A stretch of 64,000 nt of DNA from an uncultured Candidatus Rokubacteria bacterium (GCA_963805625.1 CAWDVE010000013.1:192001-256000); one strand, 5' to 3'. Positions 47,949 through 56,851 are shown, counted from the stretch's first letter. Program-made: numbers and translations. Notes: generated by a model from the sequence alone, not told the origin.

Positions 47949-48826
47949 GCCGGGGCGCGAGATCCCACGAGCGCCTCGACGGCCTCGGCCATCCGGGGAA
48001 GCGGTCCGCGACCGAGATCGAAGGCCGGGACGCGGTCGGCGAGGGGCGCGAGGATCCGGATGGCGTCCCCGAGCGTCCGGCGGGACCGCTGGTTCGTGTA
48101 GGGGACGAGCGCCAGCAGGGCATGCGCGGGAGCGATCTGCTGGGGGCGCGCAGGCTCGGCGACGCCACCGCGCCGGGAGAGAAACACGATGGCGGCGAGC
48201 CGCACCGCCGTGGATCGCAGGCACGGCTCGATCTCGTCGGGATGAAACAGTTGCGAGTCGGCGAGCGCGACACTGGACGGGCCGCGCATGACTCGCTCGA
48301 AGAGGTCGTCGCCCAGGAGCGCGCGGCTCGTCGACCTGAGGGACACGCGTCGCGGAGCCGGCCGTGCCTCGGCCGCCGCCGGCTCCACCATGGCAACGTC
48401 ATCGCCGAGCAACGCGGCGCCGCGCGCCCACAGCGCGCAGGCGAGCGTCGACTTGCCAGCCTCGCCACGCCCGGCGAGCAGAATTCCCCGGCCGTTCCAT
48501 GCAACCAGGGCACCGTGCGCGATCACGACGGGCGACTCCACGATCGCCGCGACCGCTCCGTACTCCACGGCGCTGACGGCTCGGGCAGCGCTCGGCACGC
48601 GCAGATCAGCGCCCGCCGAGGACCGGACCCACCACTCCAAGTCTGCCCCGTTGTCATTCAGGCGGTCGACCCGCCAGGCACGGCTCGGCTCACCCTCTTC
48701 GTGGGTCGCCCAGGGGCGGAACACGGTCGCCGCCAGGGTCCGGACGGCGGGGTCGTCGGACGTGAGCTCGAAGCGCAGGGGTCCCGCCGTCCAGCGAATG
48801 GGCGGGCCAGCAGACGCCTGGGTCAC
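47945..48826 (-). CDS. HPr kinase-related P-loop kinase
   Basis: HGALVA, Walker A GRGEAGKST, LLGDD. GTG overlaps the PqqD stop. Confidence 0.85.
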   Translation of the reverse strand: MTQASAGPPIRWTAGPLRFELTSDDPAVRTLAATVFRPWATHEEGEPSRAWRVDRLNDNGADLEWWVRSSAGADLRVPSAARAVSAVEYGAVAAIVESPVVIAHGALVAWNGRGILLAGRGEAGKSTLACALWARGAALLGDDVAMVEPAAAEARPAPRRVSLRSTSRALLGDDLFERVMRGPSSVALADSQLFHPDEIEPCLRSTAVRLAAIVFLSRRGGVAEPARPQQIAPAHALLALVPYTNQRSRRTLGDAIRILAPLADRVPAFDLGRGPLPRMAEAVEALVGSRAPA

Positions 48827-49110
48827 GAGACCGGCACGATCGCCCCGTGCCGGATCAGCTCGTCGAGGAACGACGAGACGTCTCGGACAGCGGCCTCCGG
48901 GGCCAGCGCCGGGAACCGCTCCCGCAGGGCAGCCGTGAGGTCCTCTGGGCGAGCGGGAGTGGCGAGCCGCTCCCAGAGCCGGCTGCCAGTGGGGTTCAGT
49001 ACGAGGGCACTACGGGACGTCCGGTGATAGAGCACCACCCGATCGCCGACGGGGGAAACCTCGACCTGCTCGGATCGCGCGTAGGCGGGATCCACGGCCT
49101 CGCTCACCAC
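48823..49110 (-). CDS. PqqD-family RiPP recognition element (RRE)
   Basis: 95 aa; VGDRVVLY, LNPTGSRLWERL, DV..FLDELIRHGAI. Confidence 0.88.
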   Translation of the reverse strand: MVSEAVDPAYARSEQVEVSPVGDRVVLYHRTSRSALVLNPTGSRLWERLATPARPEDLTAALRERFPALAPEAAVRDVSSFLDELIRHGAIVPVS

Positions 49111-49199
49111 GCGAGGCGCCGGCGCATCTGGCGCCCCGCCCTACCCTCCACCGTCCACATCAAGCGAATTATCGACTCCCGCATAGAGGACGTCACAGC

Positions 49200-49242
49200 A
49201 CCCTAGCATCCGGGACGCGAGGCTCGTCAAACTCGTCAACTC
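49200..49242 (-). promoter_or_regulatory. Candidate promoter of the RRE-kinase-rSAM operon
   Basis: Tandem TTGACGAG repeats followed by extended -10 TGCTAGGGT (49208-49200). Confidence 0.5.
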
Positions 49243-49248
49243 GCCAGC

Positions 49249-50490
49249 TCAGAGGCCCGCGCGGATAGCCTGCCCGAGGCGGCGGATCCCCTCGGCAATC
49301 CGTTCCGGCGGCTGGAGACTGAAGGAAAGGCGCAGGTTGTGGGTGCCACGGCCGTCGGGAAAGCACTCGGTCCCGGCCAGCGCGACGACGCGCTCCTCGA
49401 CCGCGCGCGCCTGCACCTTGGTCATGTCGGCCCTGGACGGCAGGGTCAGCCAGAGGAAGAACCCGCCCTCGGTCCGGGTCCACGTCACACCCGCCGGCAT
49501 CTCACGCGCGAGCGCCTCGTTCATCGCGTCGCGCCGCGCACGGTAGGCAACCCGGAGCGTCTCGATGTGAGCCGCGAGCCCGCCTCCCTTCATGAACGTC
49601 CCCACGACCATCGACGCGAAGCCGTTCGTGCTCCCCTCCGCCTTGAAGGCGAGCACGCGCTCGATCACGGCCGGATCGGCGAGGACGAACCCGAGGCGGA
49701 CGCCGGGCGCGACGATCTTCGAGAAGGTGCCGAGCCGCACGACGAGACCCTCGCGGTCGAGCGCGTGGAGGGTCGGGATCGGCTCTCCCTCGAACCTGAG
49801 GTCCCGGTACGCGTCGTCCTCGATGATGGGCACGCCGTGGCGCGCCGCGATGTCGAGCAGGACGCGGCGCCGGCCGAGCGACATCGTCACCCCGGCCGGG
49901 TTGTTGAACGTCGGAATCGTGTAGATGAACCGCGGCGGAGTCCCCGCCGCCTCGAGCCGCCGCACCTCTCGCTCCAGGCCCTCGACGTCGAGCCCCTCGT
50001 CGTCGAGGGACACCGGCACCGTTCGCACCCCTTGGAACCGGATGTGGTGGATCGTTCCCAGGAAGGTCGGCGCCTCACAGAGACACACGTCGCCGGAACT
50101 CGCCAGCGCCTGCACCACGAGCGCGATCGCCTGGGAGGAGCCGTTGGTCATCACGAGGCTCCCGGCCTCGACGAGCCGCCCCTCCTCGGCCTCGAGCTTC
50201 CGTCCGAGCTCGGCCAGGAGGAGCGGGTTGCCCCCGACGTTGCCGTACTGAAGCGCCACCGCGTACCTCGCCGGGTCGCGAAGCGACTCCTCCGCCGCCG
50301 CGGCAAGACCGGCAGCCGGGAACAGCGACGGGTCGGGCATGCCGTAGGCCAGCGAGATGATGTCGGGCGGGACCGCCCCCGCCCGGGGCATGGGGGTGGC
50401 CGCGCGCACGCGCGCGTTGAAGCGGTCCGGAGTCCAGGCAAACCTGCTCAACTCCGCCGTCGTGCCGTCCTGCCGCGCATCACGAGCCAT
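49249..50490 (-). CDS. PLP-dependent class I aminotransferase (2-aminoadipate transaminase LysN/ARO8-like)
   Basis: ALQYG, TNGSSQA, PTFNNPAG, EDDAY, GTFSKIVAPGVRLG, LRLSFS. Confidence 0.92.
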   Translation of the reverse strand: MARDARQDGTTAELSRFAWTPDRFNARVRAATPMPRAGAVPPDIISLAYGMPDPSLFPAAGLAAAAEESLRDPARYAVALQYGNVGGNPLLLAELGRKLEAEEGRLVEAGSLVMTNGSSQAIALVVQALASSGDVCLCEAPTFLGTIHHIRFQGVRTVPVSLDDEGLDVEGLEREVRRLEAAGTPPRFIYTIPTFNNPAGVTMSLGRRRVLLDIAARHGVPIIEDDAYRDLRFEGEPIPTLHALDREGLVVRLGTFSKIVAPGVRLGFVLADPAVIERVLAFKAEGSTNGFASMVVGTFMKGGGLAAHIETLRVAYRARRDAMNEALAREMPAGVTWTRTEGGFFLWLTLPSRADMTKVQARAVEERVVALAGTECFPDGRGTHNLRLSFSLQPPERIAEGIRRLGQAIRAGL

Positions 50491-50584
50491 CAGATGCTCC
50501 TCTCCGGGAGATCGTCAGCGTCCACCACGGTGTCCCACGGTACCAGACGGAAGGCGCGACCGCACCCATCCGCCGAGCACGCCG

Positions 50585-50950
50585 TCAGAAGCCACGGATC
50601 CTGTCGTGGAGCCGCCGCTCGCGCTTGGTCGGCCGCCCGAGTCCCGGCAGCCGGACCACGGCCTTCGGCGGGCGGACCGCCCGAGGAGGCGGTGGCGGCG
50701 AAAGATCGTCGTAGAGCGCGCGGGCCTCCGGAGCCGGACCGCGCCGCTCCGTCAACAGCTTCACCACCGCCTCACGCCGCCACTCCCCCAGCGTCACCTG
50801 GATCCGATCACCCGGGCGGATCGCACGCGCCGGCTTCGCGGCCTGACCGTTGACGTCGACCTTTCCGCCGTCGCACGCGGTCTGCGCGAGGCTGCGGGTC
50901 TTGTAGAACCGGGCCGCCCACAGCCACTTGTCGAGACGCATCGCGTCCAT
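50585..50950 (-). CDS. hslR: Ribosome-associated heat shock protein Hsp15 (S4 domain)
   Basis: MRLDKWLWAARFYKTRSLA, GRPTKRERR. Confidence 0.95.
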   Translation of the reverse strand: MDAMRLDKWLWAARFYKTRSLAQTACDGGKVDVNGQAAKPARAIRPGDRIQVTLGEWRREAVVKLLTERRGPAPEARALYDDLSPPPPPRAVRPPKAVVRLPGLGRPTKRERRLHDRIRGF

Positions 50951-51609
50951 CAGGCGTCCTGCCGTCGGGAGAGCGTCGATTCGACCGGTGGCGCCCCCGA
51001 CGCCCCCGCGGGCCGCTGGTTCAGGAGGTGCACGACAGCGCTGTCACCACGGTATTCGATCAGACTCCAGGCGGCGTAGTCCTGGGCGAGGCGAAAGATA
51101 TTACCGAGCGGCAATCCCAGAGCTTCCGCGAGGATCACGCGGTTGGTTCCCCCATGGGCGATGACGGCGATGCGCCGACCGGCATGCCGCTCGACGACCC
51201 TCCGAAGAGCGGGCACGGCGCGCGCGCGCAGTTCGGCCAGGCCCTCGCCCTCCGGGAACGGCATCGCGAATGGATCGGCGAGCCACCGGTCGCACAGCTC
51301 CGGCTCCCGTGCGTGGATCTCGGCAAACGTGAGACCCTCCCAGCGCCCCATGGCCATCTCGCGGAGCGTCGGCACCGTGACCACGCTCGTTCCGCGAGCA
51401 GCGGCAAGCGGCGCCGCGGACTGCTGCGCGCGGAGCAGGTCGCTCGCATAGACCGCCTCGATCGGCTCCGCTCTGAGGCGCTCCCCGAGCGCAGCCACCT
51501 GAGCGAGACCGCCGGGCGACAGGCCGATGTCCGTGTGCCCGAAGAAGCGCCCCTCCGCCGCGTGGAGCACCTCGCCGTGGCGGGCAAGGTACACCCACGT
51601 CGACGCCAT
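50950..51609 (-). CDS. cobC: Histidine phosphatase, alpha-ribazole phosphatase-like
   Basis: LARHGE, SDL.RA, E...G.WEG, AHGG; TGATG-coupled to cobS. Confidence 0.8.
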   Translation of the reverse strand: MASTWVYLARHGEVLHAAEGRFFGHTDIGLSPGGLAQVAALGERLRAEPIEAVYASDLLRAQQSAAPLAAARGTSVVTVPTLREMAMGRWEGLTFAEIHAREPELCDRWLADPFAMPFPEGEGLAELRARAVPALRRVVERHAGRRIAVIAHGGTNRVILAEALGLPLGNIFRLAQDYAAWSLIEYRGDSAVVHLLNQRPAGASGAPPVESTLSRRQDA

Positions 51610-52361
51610 CAGATCAGCTCCAGGAAGTCGAGACTCACGCCGAGCGTGAGGACGACGGCCTCGGTCCCCTCGACGACCGCTCCGAGCGTGTCGCCGGTGA
51701 ACCCCCCGAGTCGGTGGCGCAGATAGGCGGCCCAGGCCCATGCCATGCCACCGGTCACCGCGAGCGCGAGCGCGCCCCAAGCTCCGAGCGTCGCGATCGA
51801 GACCAACGCCGCAACCAGCCCACCCGCCACGAGGGTTGGCCACCGGGCACCCGCCGCGAGCGCGTGGCCAGCCCCTTCCGGGCGGGCGGGTCGGCCAAGG
51901 GCCACGAGCAGGAGCGGGCCCGCCCGGCCGAGGACCGGCGCCAGGACGAGCGCTCTCCAGGCGAGGCCTTCCGGCAGGCTCGCCAGTGCTGCCGCCTTGA
52001 GACCGAGCACCAGGACGATCGCGGTCACCCCGTACGGCCCGCTGCGGGCATCCCGCATGATCGAGAGCGTGCGCTCCCGGGACCAGCCCCCGCCGAGGCC
52101 GTCACACGAGTCAGCGAGCCCATCGAGATGGAGGCCACCGGTCAACCCCACCCACAGCGCGACGAGAAGCATCGCGCCGACGCCCGGAGGCACGACGCGA
52201 TCGACCGCGAACGACGCGAGGGCGAGGCACGCACCGACCGCGAGTCCGACCACGGGGAACCAGCCGGCCGCACGGCCGACGTCGCCGGCGACCCGGCTCT
52301 GCGGAAGCGGCAGGACCGTCAGGTAGCGGAAGGCGACGAGGGCACCGCCGAGGGCCGTCAT
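51609..52361 (-). CDS. cobS: Adenosylcobinamide-GDP ribazoletransferase (cobalamin synthase)
   Basis: TGGLHLDGLADSCDG, IMRD.R.G.YG, LGGFTGDTLGA..E. Confidence 0.95.
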   Translation of the reverse strand: MTALGGALVAFRYLTVLPLPQSRVAGDVGRAAGWFPVVGLAVGACLALASFAVDRVVPPGVGAMLLVALWVGLTGGLHLDGLADSCDGLGGGWSRERTLSIMRDARSGPYGVTAIVLVLGLKAAALASLPEGLAWRALVLAPVLGRAGPLLLVALGRPARPEGAGHALAAGARWPTLVAGGLVAALVSIATLGAWGALALAVTGGMAWAWAAYLRHRLGGFTGDTLGAVVEGTEAVVLTLGVSLDFLELI

Positions 52362-52425
52362 CGATCCATCGTCAGCGGAGCAATGGCCGGGTGGTCGCGT
52401 GAACCGCCCGGTGGCTCATCGGCGG

Positions 52426-53949
52426 CTAGACGGGGTAGACGCCGTTCCGGCGCGGCGGGAAGCGGTGCCGCTTGGTGCCCGCGTAGCCGAGGCGCTTGGT
52501 CAGCTCGCCGCGAAGCTCCGACGGCGGGACCACGGCGTCGACGAGCATCTCCGAGGCGAGCCGGAAGACGTCGATGTCCTTCTGGAACTCCTCGCGCCGC
52601 TCGCGCACGAACGCGGCACGCGCCTCACCCTCGAGCTCCATGATGCGATTGTAGTAGACGGCGTTGATCGCGGGCTCGGGTCCCATGATCGCGATCTGGG
52701 CCTGGGGCAGCGCCAGCACCGCATCCGGTTCGAACGCCTGGCCGCACATCGCGTAGAGGCCGGCCCCATAGCATTTCCGGACGACGACCAAGATCTTGGG
52801 AACGGTCGACTGCGACGTCGCGAAAATCATCTTGGCGCCGTGCCGGATGATCCCCGCCCGTTCGACCTTCGAGCCGACCATGAATCCCGAGACGTCCGCG
52901 AGGTATACGAGGGGAACGTTGTACGCATTGCAGAGCCAGATGAATCGCGCCGCCTTGTCCGCGGAGTCGACGAAGAGGACCCCGCCCTTGACCTTCGGCT
53001 GGTTCGCGACGATCCCGACCGCCCGTCCCCCGAGCCGCGCGAAACCGGTGATGATCTCCCGAGCAAAGAGCGCCTTCACCTCGAGCCACGAGCCCGCGTC
53101 CACGAGCCCGCGGATCACCTCGTGCATGTCGAAGTACTTCCGCTGATCGTAGGGCACGATCTCGTCGATCGGGCGGCTCGGCTCTGGATCGGCCGGCGCG
53201 ACGTCCGACACCCGGTCGCGGTGACTCTGGGGCATATAGCCGAGATACCGCCGGGCCACGGCGATGGCCTCCTCGTCGGAACCCGCCAGGACGTCCCCGC
53301 ACCCCGACTCCTCGCAGTGCATCCGCGCACCGCCGAGCGCCTCGTGATCGATCTTCTCACCGATGGCCATCTCGACCATGCGGGGTGAGCCCACGTACAT
53401 CGACGCCTTGCCCTCGACCATGATCACGACGTCCGTGAGCGCGGGCAGGTAGGCCGAGCCAGCAGGCGACGGTCCGAAGAGGATGCAGACTTGGGGAACG
53501 ACGCCCGAGAGCTGCACCTCATTGTAGAAGATGCGGCCGGCGTGGTGGCGGCCGGGGAAGATGCGGATCTGCTCGGAGATACGGGCGCCCGCCGCGTCGA
53601 CGAGGTAGATGAGTGGTATCTGGAGGCGCGCCGCCTTCTCCTGGATACGGATGATCTTCTGGACTGTCTTCTCGCCCCAGGAGCCGGCCTTCACCGTGAA
53701 GTCGTTGGCCATGACGCAGACCGGCCGGCCCAGGACCGTGCCCACTCCGGTGACGACGCCGTCGGCGGGCGTCTCGGGCTCGGCGGCGCGGGCGAGGAGC
53801 CAGTCCTCCTGGAACTCGGTGCCGGGGTCGAGGAGGAGGTTGAGGCGGTCGCGGACGAAGAGCTTGCCCTCCGCCCGGAGCTTGTCGCGGTACTTGACGT
53901 GCCCCTGCCGGACGCGCGTGATCTCGTCCCGGAGGCGCCGCTCGCTCAC
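52426..53949 (-). CDS. Acyl-CoA carboxylase carboxyltransferase (methylcrotonyl-CoA carboxylase beta/YngE-like)
   Basis: PADGVVTG, NDFTVKAGSWG, GSAY.P, LGGARMH, GIVANQP, RKCYGAGLYAM. Start GTG 53949 (possibly leaderless) or ATG 53958. Confidence 0.92.
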   Translation of the reverse strand: MSERRLRDEITRVRQGHVKYRDKLRAEGKLFVRDRLNLLLDPGTEFQEDWLLARAAEPETPADGVVTGVGTVLGRPVCVMANDFTVKAGSWGEKTVQKIIRIQEKAARLQIPLIYLVDAAGARISEQIRIFPGRHHAGRIFYNEVQLSGVVPQVCILFGPSPAGSAYLPALTDVVIMVEGKASMYVGSPRMVEMAIGEKIDHEALGGARMHCEESGCGDVLAGSDEEAIAVARRYLGYMPQSHRDRVSDVAPADPEPSRPIDEIVPYDQRKYFDMHEVIRGLVDAGSWLEVKALFAREIITGFARLGGRAVGIVANQPKVKGGVLFVDSADKAARFIWLCNAYNVPLVYLADVSGFMVGSKVERAGIIRHGAKMIFATSQSTVPKILVVVRKCYGAGLYAMCGQAFEPDAVLALPQAQIAIMGPEPAINAVYYNRIMELEGEARAAFVRERREEFQKDIDVFRLASEMLVDAVVPPSELRGELTKRLGYAGTKRHRFPPRRNGVYPV

Positions 53950-53999
53950 GCCCGGCATGGTAGCACGGCGGTCGGGCGCGGCCCGGCGTGCGCCGGGAG

Positions 54000-55265
54000 C
54001 TACTCTTCGCGGGAGCGGATCGCGATGATCAGGACGCCGGTCAGGTGCGGCAGGCCACCGATCAGAGCCGGGCGCCGGGGCGGGACGTCCATCACGGTCG
54101 CCAGCTCTCCGACCGGCCCGCGCTTGATGCGCACCAGGATCCGGACGATCGGCCGCCTGATGCCGAGCGGCTGGATCTCCATCTCGCGCCCGCCGGGGAG
54201 CGCGAAGCGCTGCAGCATGCCGACGGGCATCCGCGTCTCGAAGGCGCTCACGGGCTCATAGTGGGAGTACTGAAACACCTCCCGGAGCCGCGGCACCCAG
54301 AGCTGGAGACGGACCGGCTGGCCGCACCCGCTCTGAAGCTCCGCGGGAGGTCCCGTCCCCGGCGACGGAGCGGGGTTCGCGACGTCGGGTGTGGGCGGGA
54401 GCCCGGCCTGGGGCGCGCTACCGGGAGGGCCGCCAGGAGGACCGATCGGCGGCCCCCCCGGCCGCGCGATCCCCGCGGGCGGATTCGATGCGAACATCAC
54501 GAGCGCGTACACGCAAACCTGCTGGGCGGGCGGTCCACCCGGAGCCGCCGTCGGCGGCGGAAGGACCCCCGGTGGCGGCAGCGGGGGAAGCTGGGCACGA
54601 GCGGGCCCGACCGCGACGAGAAGCCCCACGAGGGCTGCGACGAAGAGAGCGAAGCCCGGACCGAGAACCTCGCGAAGACGCTTCCTCGCGTGGTGCAGGC
54701 GGGACATCACGGTCCCCATGGGAATGCCGAGCACCTCCGCGATCTCCCGGTACTGGAGCCCTTCGATGTCGCTGAGGATGATAATGGCTCGGTGGTGCTC
54801 TGACAAGGAATCGAGTCCTTTTCGGATTCGCTCACGGGTCTCCACACCGGTTGCAACGTCCTCAGGATCGGGATCGGTCGACGTCGCCGTGCGCTCCCAC
54901 TCCTCCGGGGGGACGTCCTCGGCGCCGAGCGATTTTGCCCGGGTGGCCCGCTGGCGTTTCCGGTCGAGTGCAACGTTCATCGTGATGCGGAAGAGCCAGG
55001 TGTAGAACGCCGAGTCCCCCTTGAAGGCCGGCAGGGCGCGGAAGGCCTTGACGAAGGCCTCCTGGGCGACATCGAGCGCCTCCTCCTGATCCCGGAGCAC
55101 CTGGTATGCCAACCGGAACACCTTGCGCTTGTACTTCTCGACCAGGGGCTCGAACGCCTCCGTGTCGCCGGCCTGGACCCGCCGGACCGCCTCGCGGTCG
55201 TCTTCGCTCACAAGGCCGACCCGGCGGGGCGCCGGGCCGGAAGGCGTCCCGCCGCCCACCGCCAT
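54000..55265 (-). CDS. ECF sigma-70 factor with C-terminal TM helix, Pro-rich linker and extracytoplasmic domain
   Basis: Sigma2 (AFEPLV..Y, DVAQEAF, FYTWLFRI..N) and sigma4 (EGLQYREIAEVLGIPMGTVMSRLHHAR), then FALFVAALVGLLVAVGPARAQ and about 190 further aa in frame. Start ATG 55265 or GTG 55211. Confidence 0.88.
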   Translation of the reverse strand: MAVGGGTPSGPAPRRVGLVSEDDREAVRRVQAGDTEAFEPLVEKYKRKVFRLAYQVLRDQEEALDVAQEAFVKAFRALPAFKGDSAFYTWLFRITMNVALDRKRQRATRAKSLGAEDVPPEEWERTATSTDPDPEDVATGVETRERIRKGLDSLSEHHRAIIILSDIEGLQYREIAEVLGIPMGTVMSRLHHARKRLREVLGPGFALFVAALVGLLVAVGPARAQLPPLPPPGVLPPPTAAPGGPPAQQVCVYALVMFASNPPAGIARPGGPPIGPPGGPPGSAPQAGLPPTPDVANPAPSPGTGPPAELQSGCGQPVRLQLWVPRLREVFQYSHYEPVSAFETRMPVGMLQRFALPGGREMEIQPLGIRRPIVRILVRIKRGPVGELATVMDVPPRRPALIGGLPHLTGVLIIAIRSREE

Positions 55266-55315
55266 CGAGTCCAGACGCCGGTCACCTTCTCAGACTCCTC
55301 GGGCCGGTCGCGCAT

Positions 55316-55759
55316 TCAGCGCCGAGCGACGCAGGCGAGGGCCGCATCCAGCCCCAGGGTGTAGCTGTGGACCCCGAAACCGGCGATCTGGCCCCGGCAA
55401 GCCCCGGCGGTGACGGAGCGGTGACGAAAGGGCTCTCGCCCGTGGACGTTGGAAAGGTGAACCTCCACGGCAGGCAGCGTCACCGCGGCGAGGGCATCCC
55501 GGATCGCATAGGAGTAGTGCGTGAGTGCGCCCGGATTAATCACGATCGCCGCAAAGCCCTGGTCCGCAGCGCCCTGGATCGCGTCGATCAGCACGCCCTC
55601 GTGATTCGACTGCCGGCACTCCACCCGGACGCCGCGCGACGCCGCGTGGGTCGCGATCGCCGCGTCGACCTCGGCCAGGGTCGTCGTCCCGTACACGCCT
55701 GGCTCGCGCTGGCCGAGCAGGTTCAGGTTCGGGCCGTGGAGCACCAGGATCGCCGTCAT
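55316..55759 (-). CDS. aroQ: Type II 3-dehydroquinate dehydratase
   Basis: [44 protein letters not shown]. Confidence 0.97.
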   Translation of the reverse strand: MTAILVLHGPNLNLLGQREPGVYGTTTLAEVDAAIATHAASRGVRVECRQSNHEGVLIDAIQGAADQGFAAIVINPGALTHYSYAIRDALAAVTLPAVEVHLSNVHGREPFRHRSVTAGACRGQIAGFGVHSYTLGLDAALACVARR

Positions 55760-55967
55760 GTCGGGTCCCTCCGAAAGCCGGGTCGCCGCGCTCCCGCTCG
55801 GACAGCTTCAGGCCGCCTGGGCGCGAGCCCGCCCCATCGGAGACTAGCACAGGGGCGATCGCACCCGAGTGCGCGGTCCTATCCCCGCCCCTCTTCATTC
55901 TTCCACGGAGCGAGCCAGGCCTCGAGAGCGCGGAGACCCCAGGTGCTGGCGAGCGCCGGGATCGCCG

Positions 55968-56714
55968 TCAGTGGCCGTGGAGGCCTGTGGCCTCCAGCAC
56001 CGACTCGGCGACGTAATAGAGGAGGACGCCCCCGAAGACGGCCAGGGCGACTCCCCAGCTCCGCTCCTTGTTGACCTCGGGGATGAGGTCCGAGGCCGCG
56101 ACGTAGATCGTTACCCCGGCCGAGAGCGCCAACGCCTGTCCCACGATCCCGCTGAACAGGTTCAGGAACACCACACCGGCGATGGTCGCCAGGCCCAGCA
56201 CTGCGGAGGCCAAGAGCGCGGCCCGCCGGGACGCGCCGGATGCCAGCATGAGGGACCCGACGGCGAACCCCTCCGGGAGCTTGTGGAGCAGCACCGCCCC
56301 GAACAGGATGAATCCGAGCGGCCGGCTCACCAGGAAGCCCGACGCGATCGCCACCCCGTCGAAGAACGTGTGGATGCAGAGCCCGGCCAGGGCCAGGTAT
56401 CCCACCGCCGGGTGGACGAGGGCGTCGTGGTGGATCTCCTCCCCGAAGTGGAAGTGCGGGGTTAGCGTGTGCTCCGTCAGGTGCACCACGAAGTAGCCGA
56501 TCAGGACGTACAGATAGAGGTGGGAGCCCTTCTCCAGGCTTTCGGGCACCATCCGGAGGAACGCTACAGCGAGCATGAAGCCGGCGCCGAGCGCCAGAAA
56601 GTACTGGAGGAACGCCCGGTCCCAGTGGCGGCGCCGGGCCACGAGAGCCCCGCCCACCACGTCGGCGAGCCCCGCGACCGCCCCCAGGATCAGGGACAGC
56701 TCACGCGGGGACAC
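55968..56714 (-). CDS. ZIP family divalent metal (zinc) transporter
   Basis: GAGFML, HFHFGEE.HH, HTFFDG, HKLPEG, SAG..IYVAASDLIPE. Confidence 0.92.
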   Translation of the reverse strand: MSPRELSLILGAVAGLADVVGGALVARRRHWDRAFLQYFLALGAGFMLAVAFLRMVPESLEKGSHLYLYVLIGYFVVHLTEHTLTPHFHFGEEIHHDALVHPAVGYLALAGLCIHTFFDGVAIASGFLVSRPLGFILFGAVLLHKLPEGFAVGSLMLASGASRRAALLASAVLGLATIAGVVFLNLFSGIVGQALALSAGVTIYVAASDLIPEVNKERSWGVALAVFGGVLLYYVAESVLEATGLHGH

Positions 56715-56729
56715 GCCGGCGACCCTTGG

Positions 56730-56756
56730 ACGCTATCATTGCAAAGACGTTGCAAT
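56730..56756 (-). promoter_or_regulatory. Palindromic operator plus extended -10 upstream of the ZIP transporter (Fur/Zur-type candidate)
   Basis: ATTGCAA-N5-TTGCAAT (56738-56756) abutting TGATAGCGT (56738-56730). Confidence 0.55.
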
Positions 56757-56851
56757 ACAGGCTGTTGGGCTGTCAAGGGAAACATTCCTTGCCGCCCCGT
56801 CCTCAGATCCGGTAAGGTACCGAATTGCCGAAGCGAATTCGGCTCAACCTC

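Noticed and set aside
45735-49110. Lasso peptide or PQQ biosynthesis cluster
   Set aside because: No asparagine-synthetase-like cyclase, no transglutaminase-like B2 protease and no pqqA/B/C in the window. The rSAM lacks the PqqE-type seven-Cys SPASM pattern.
49110-49209. TAG read-through (pyrrolysine-like) joining ORF-B to the RRE gene
   Set aside because: The frames match, but the RRE is already full length from 49110, the TAG is not at a conserved site and no pyl genes are visible. A one-in-three frame coincidence explains it.
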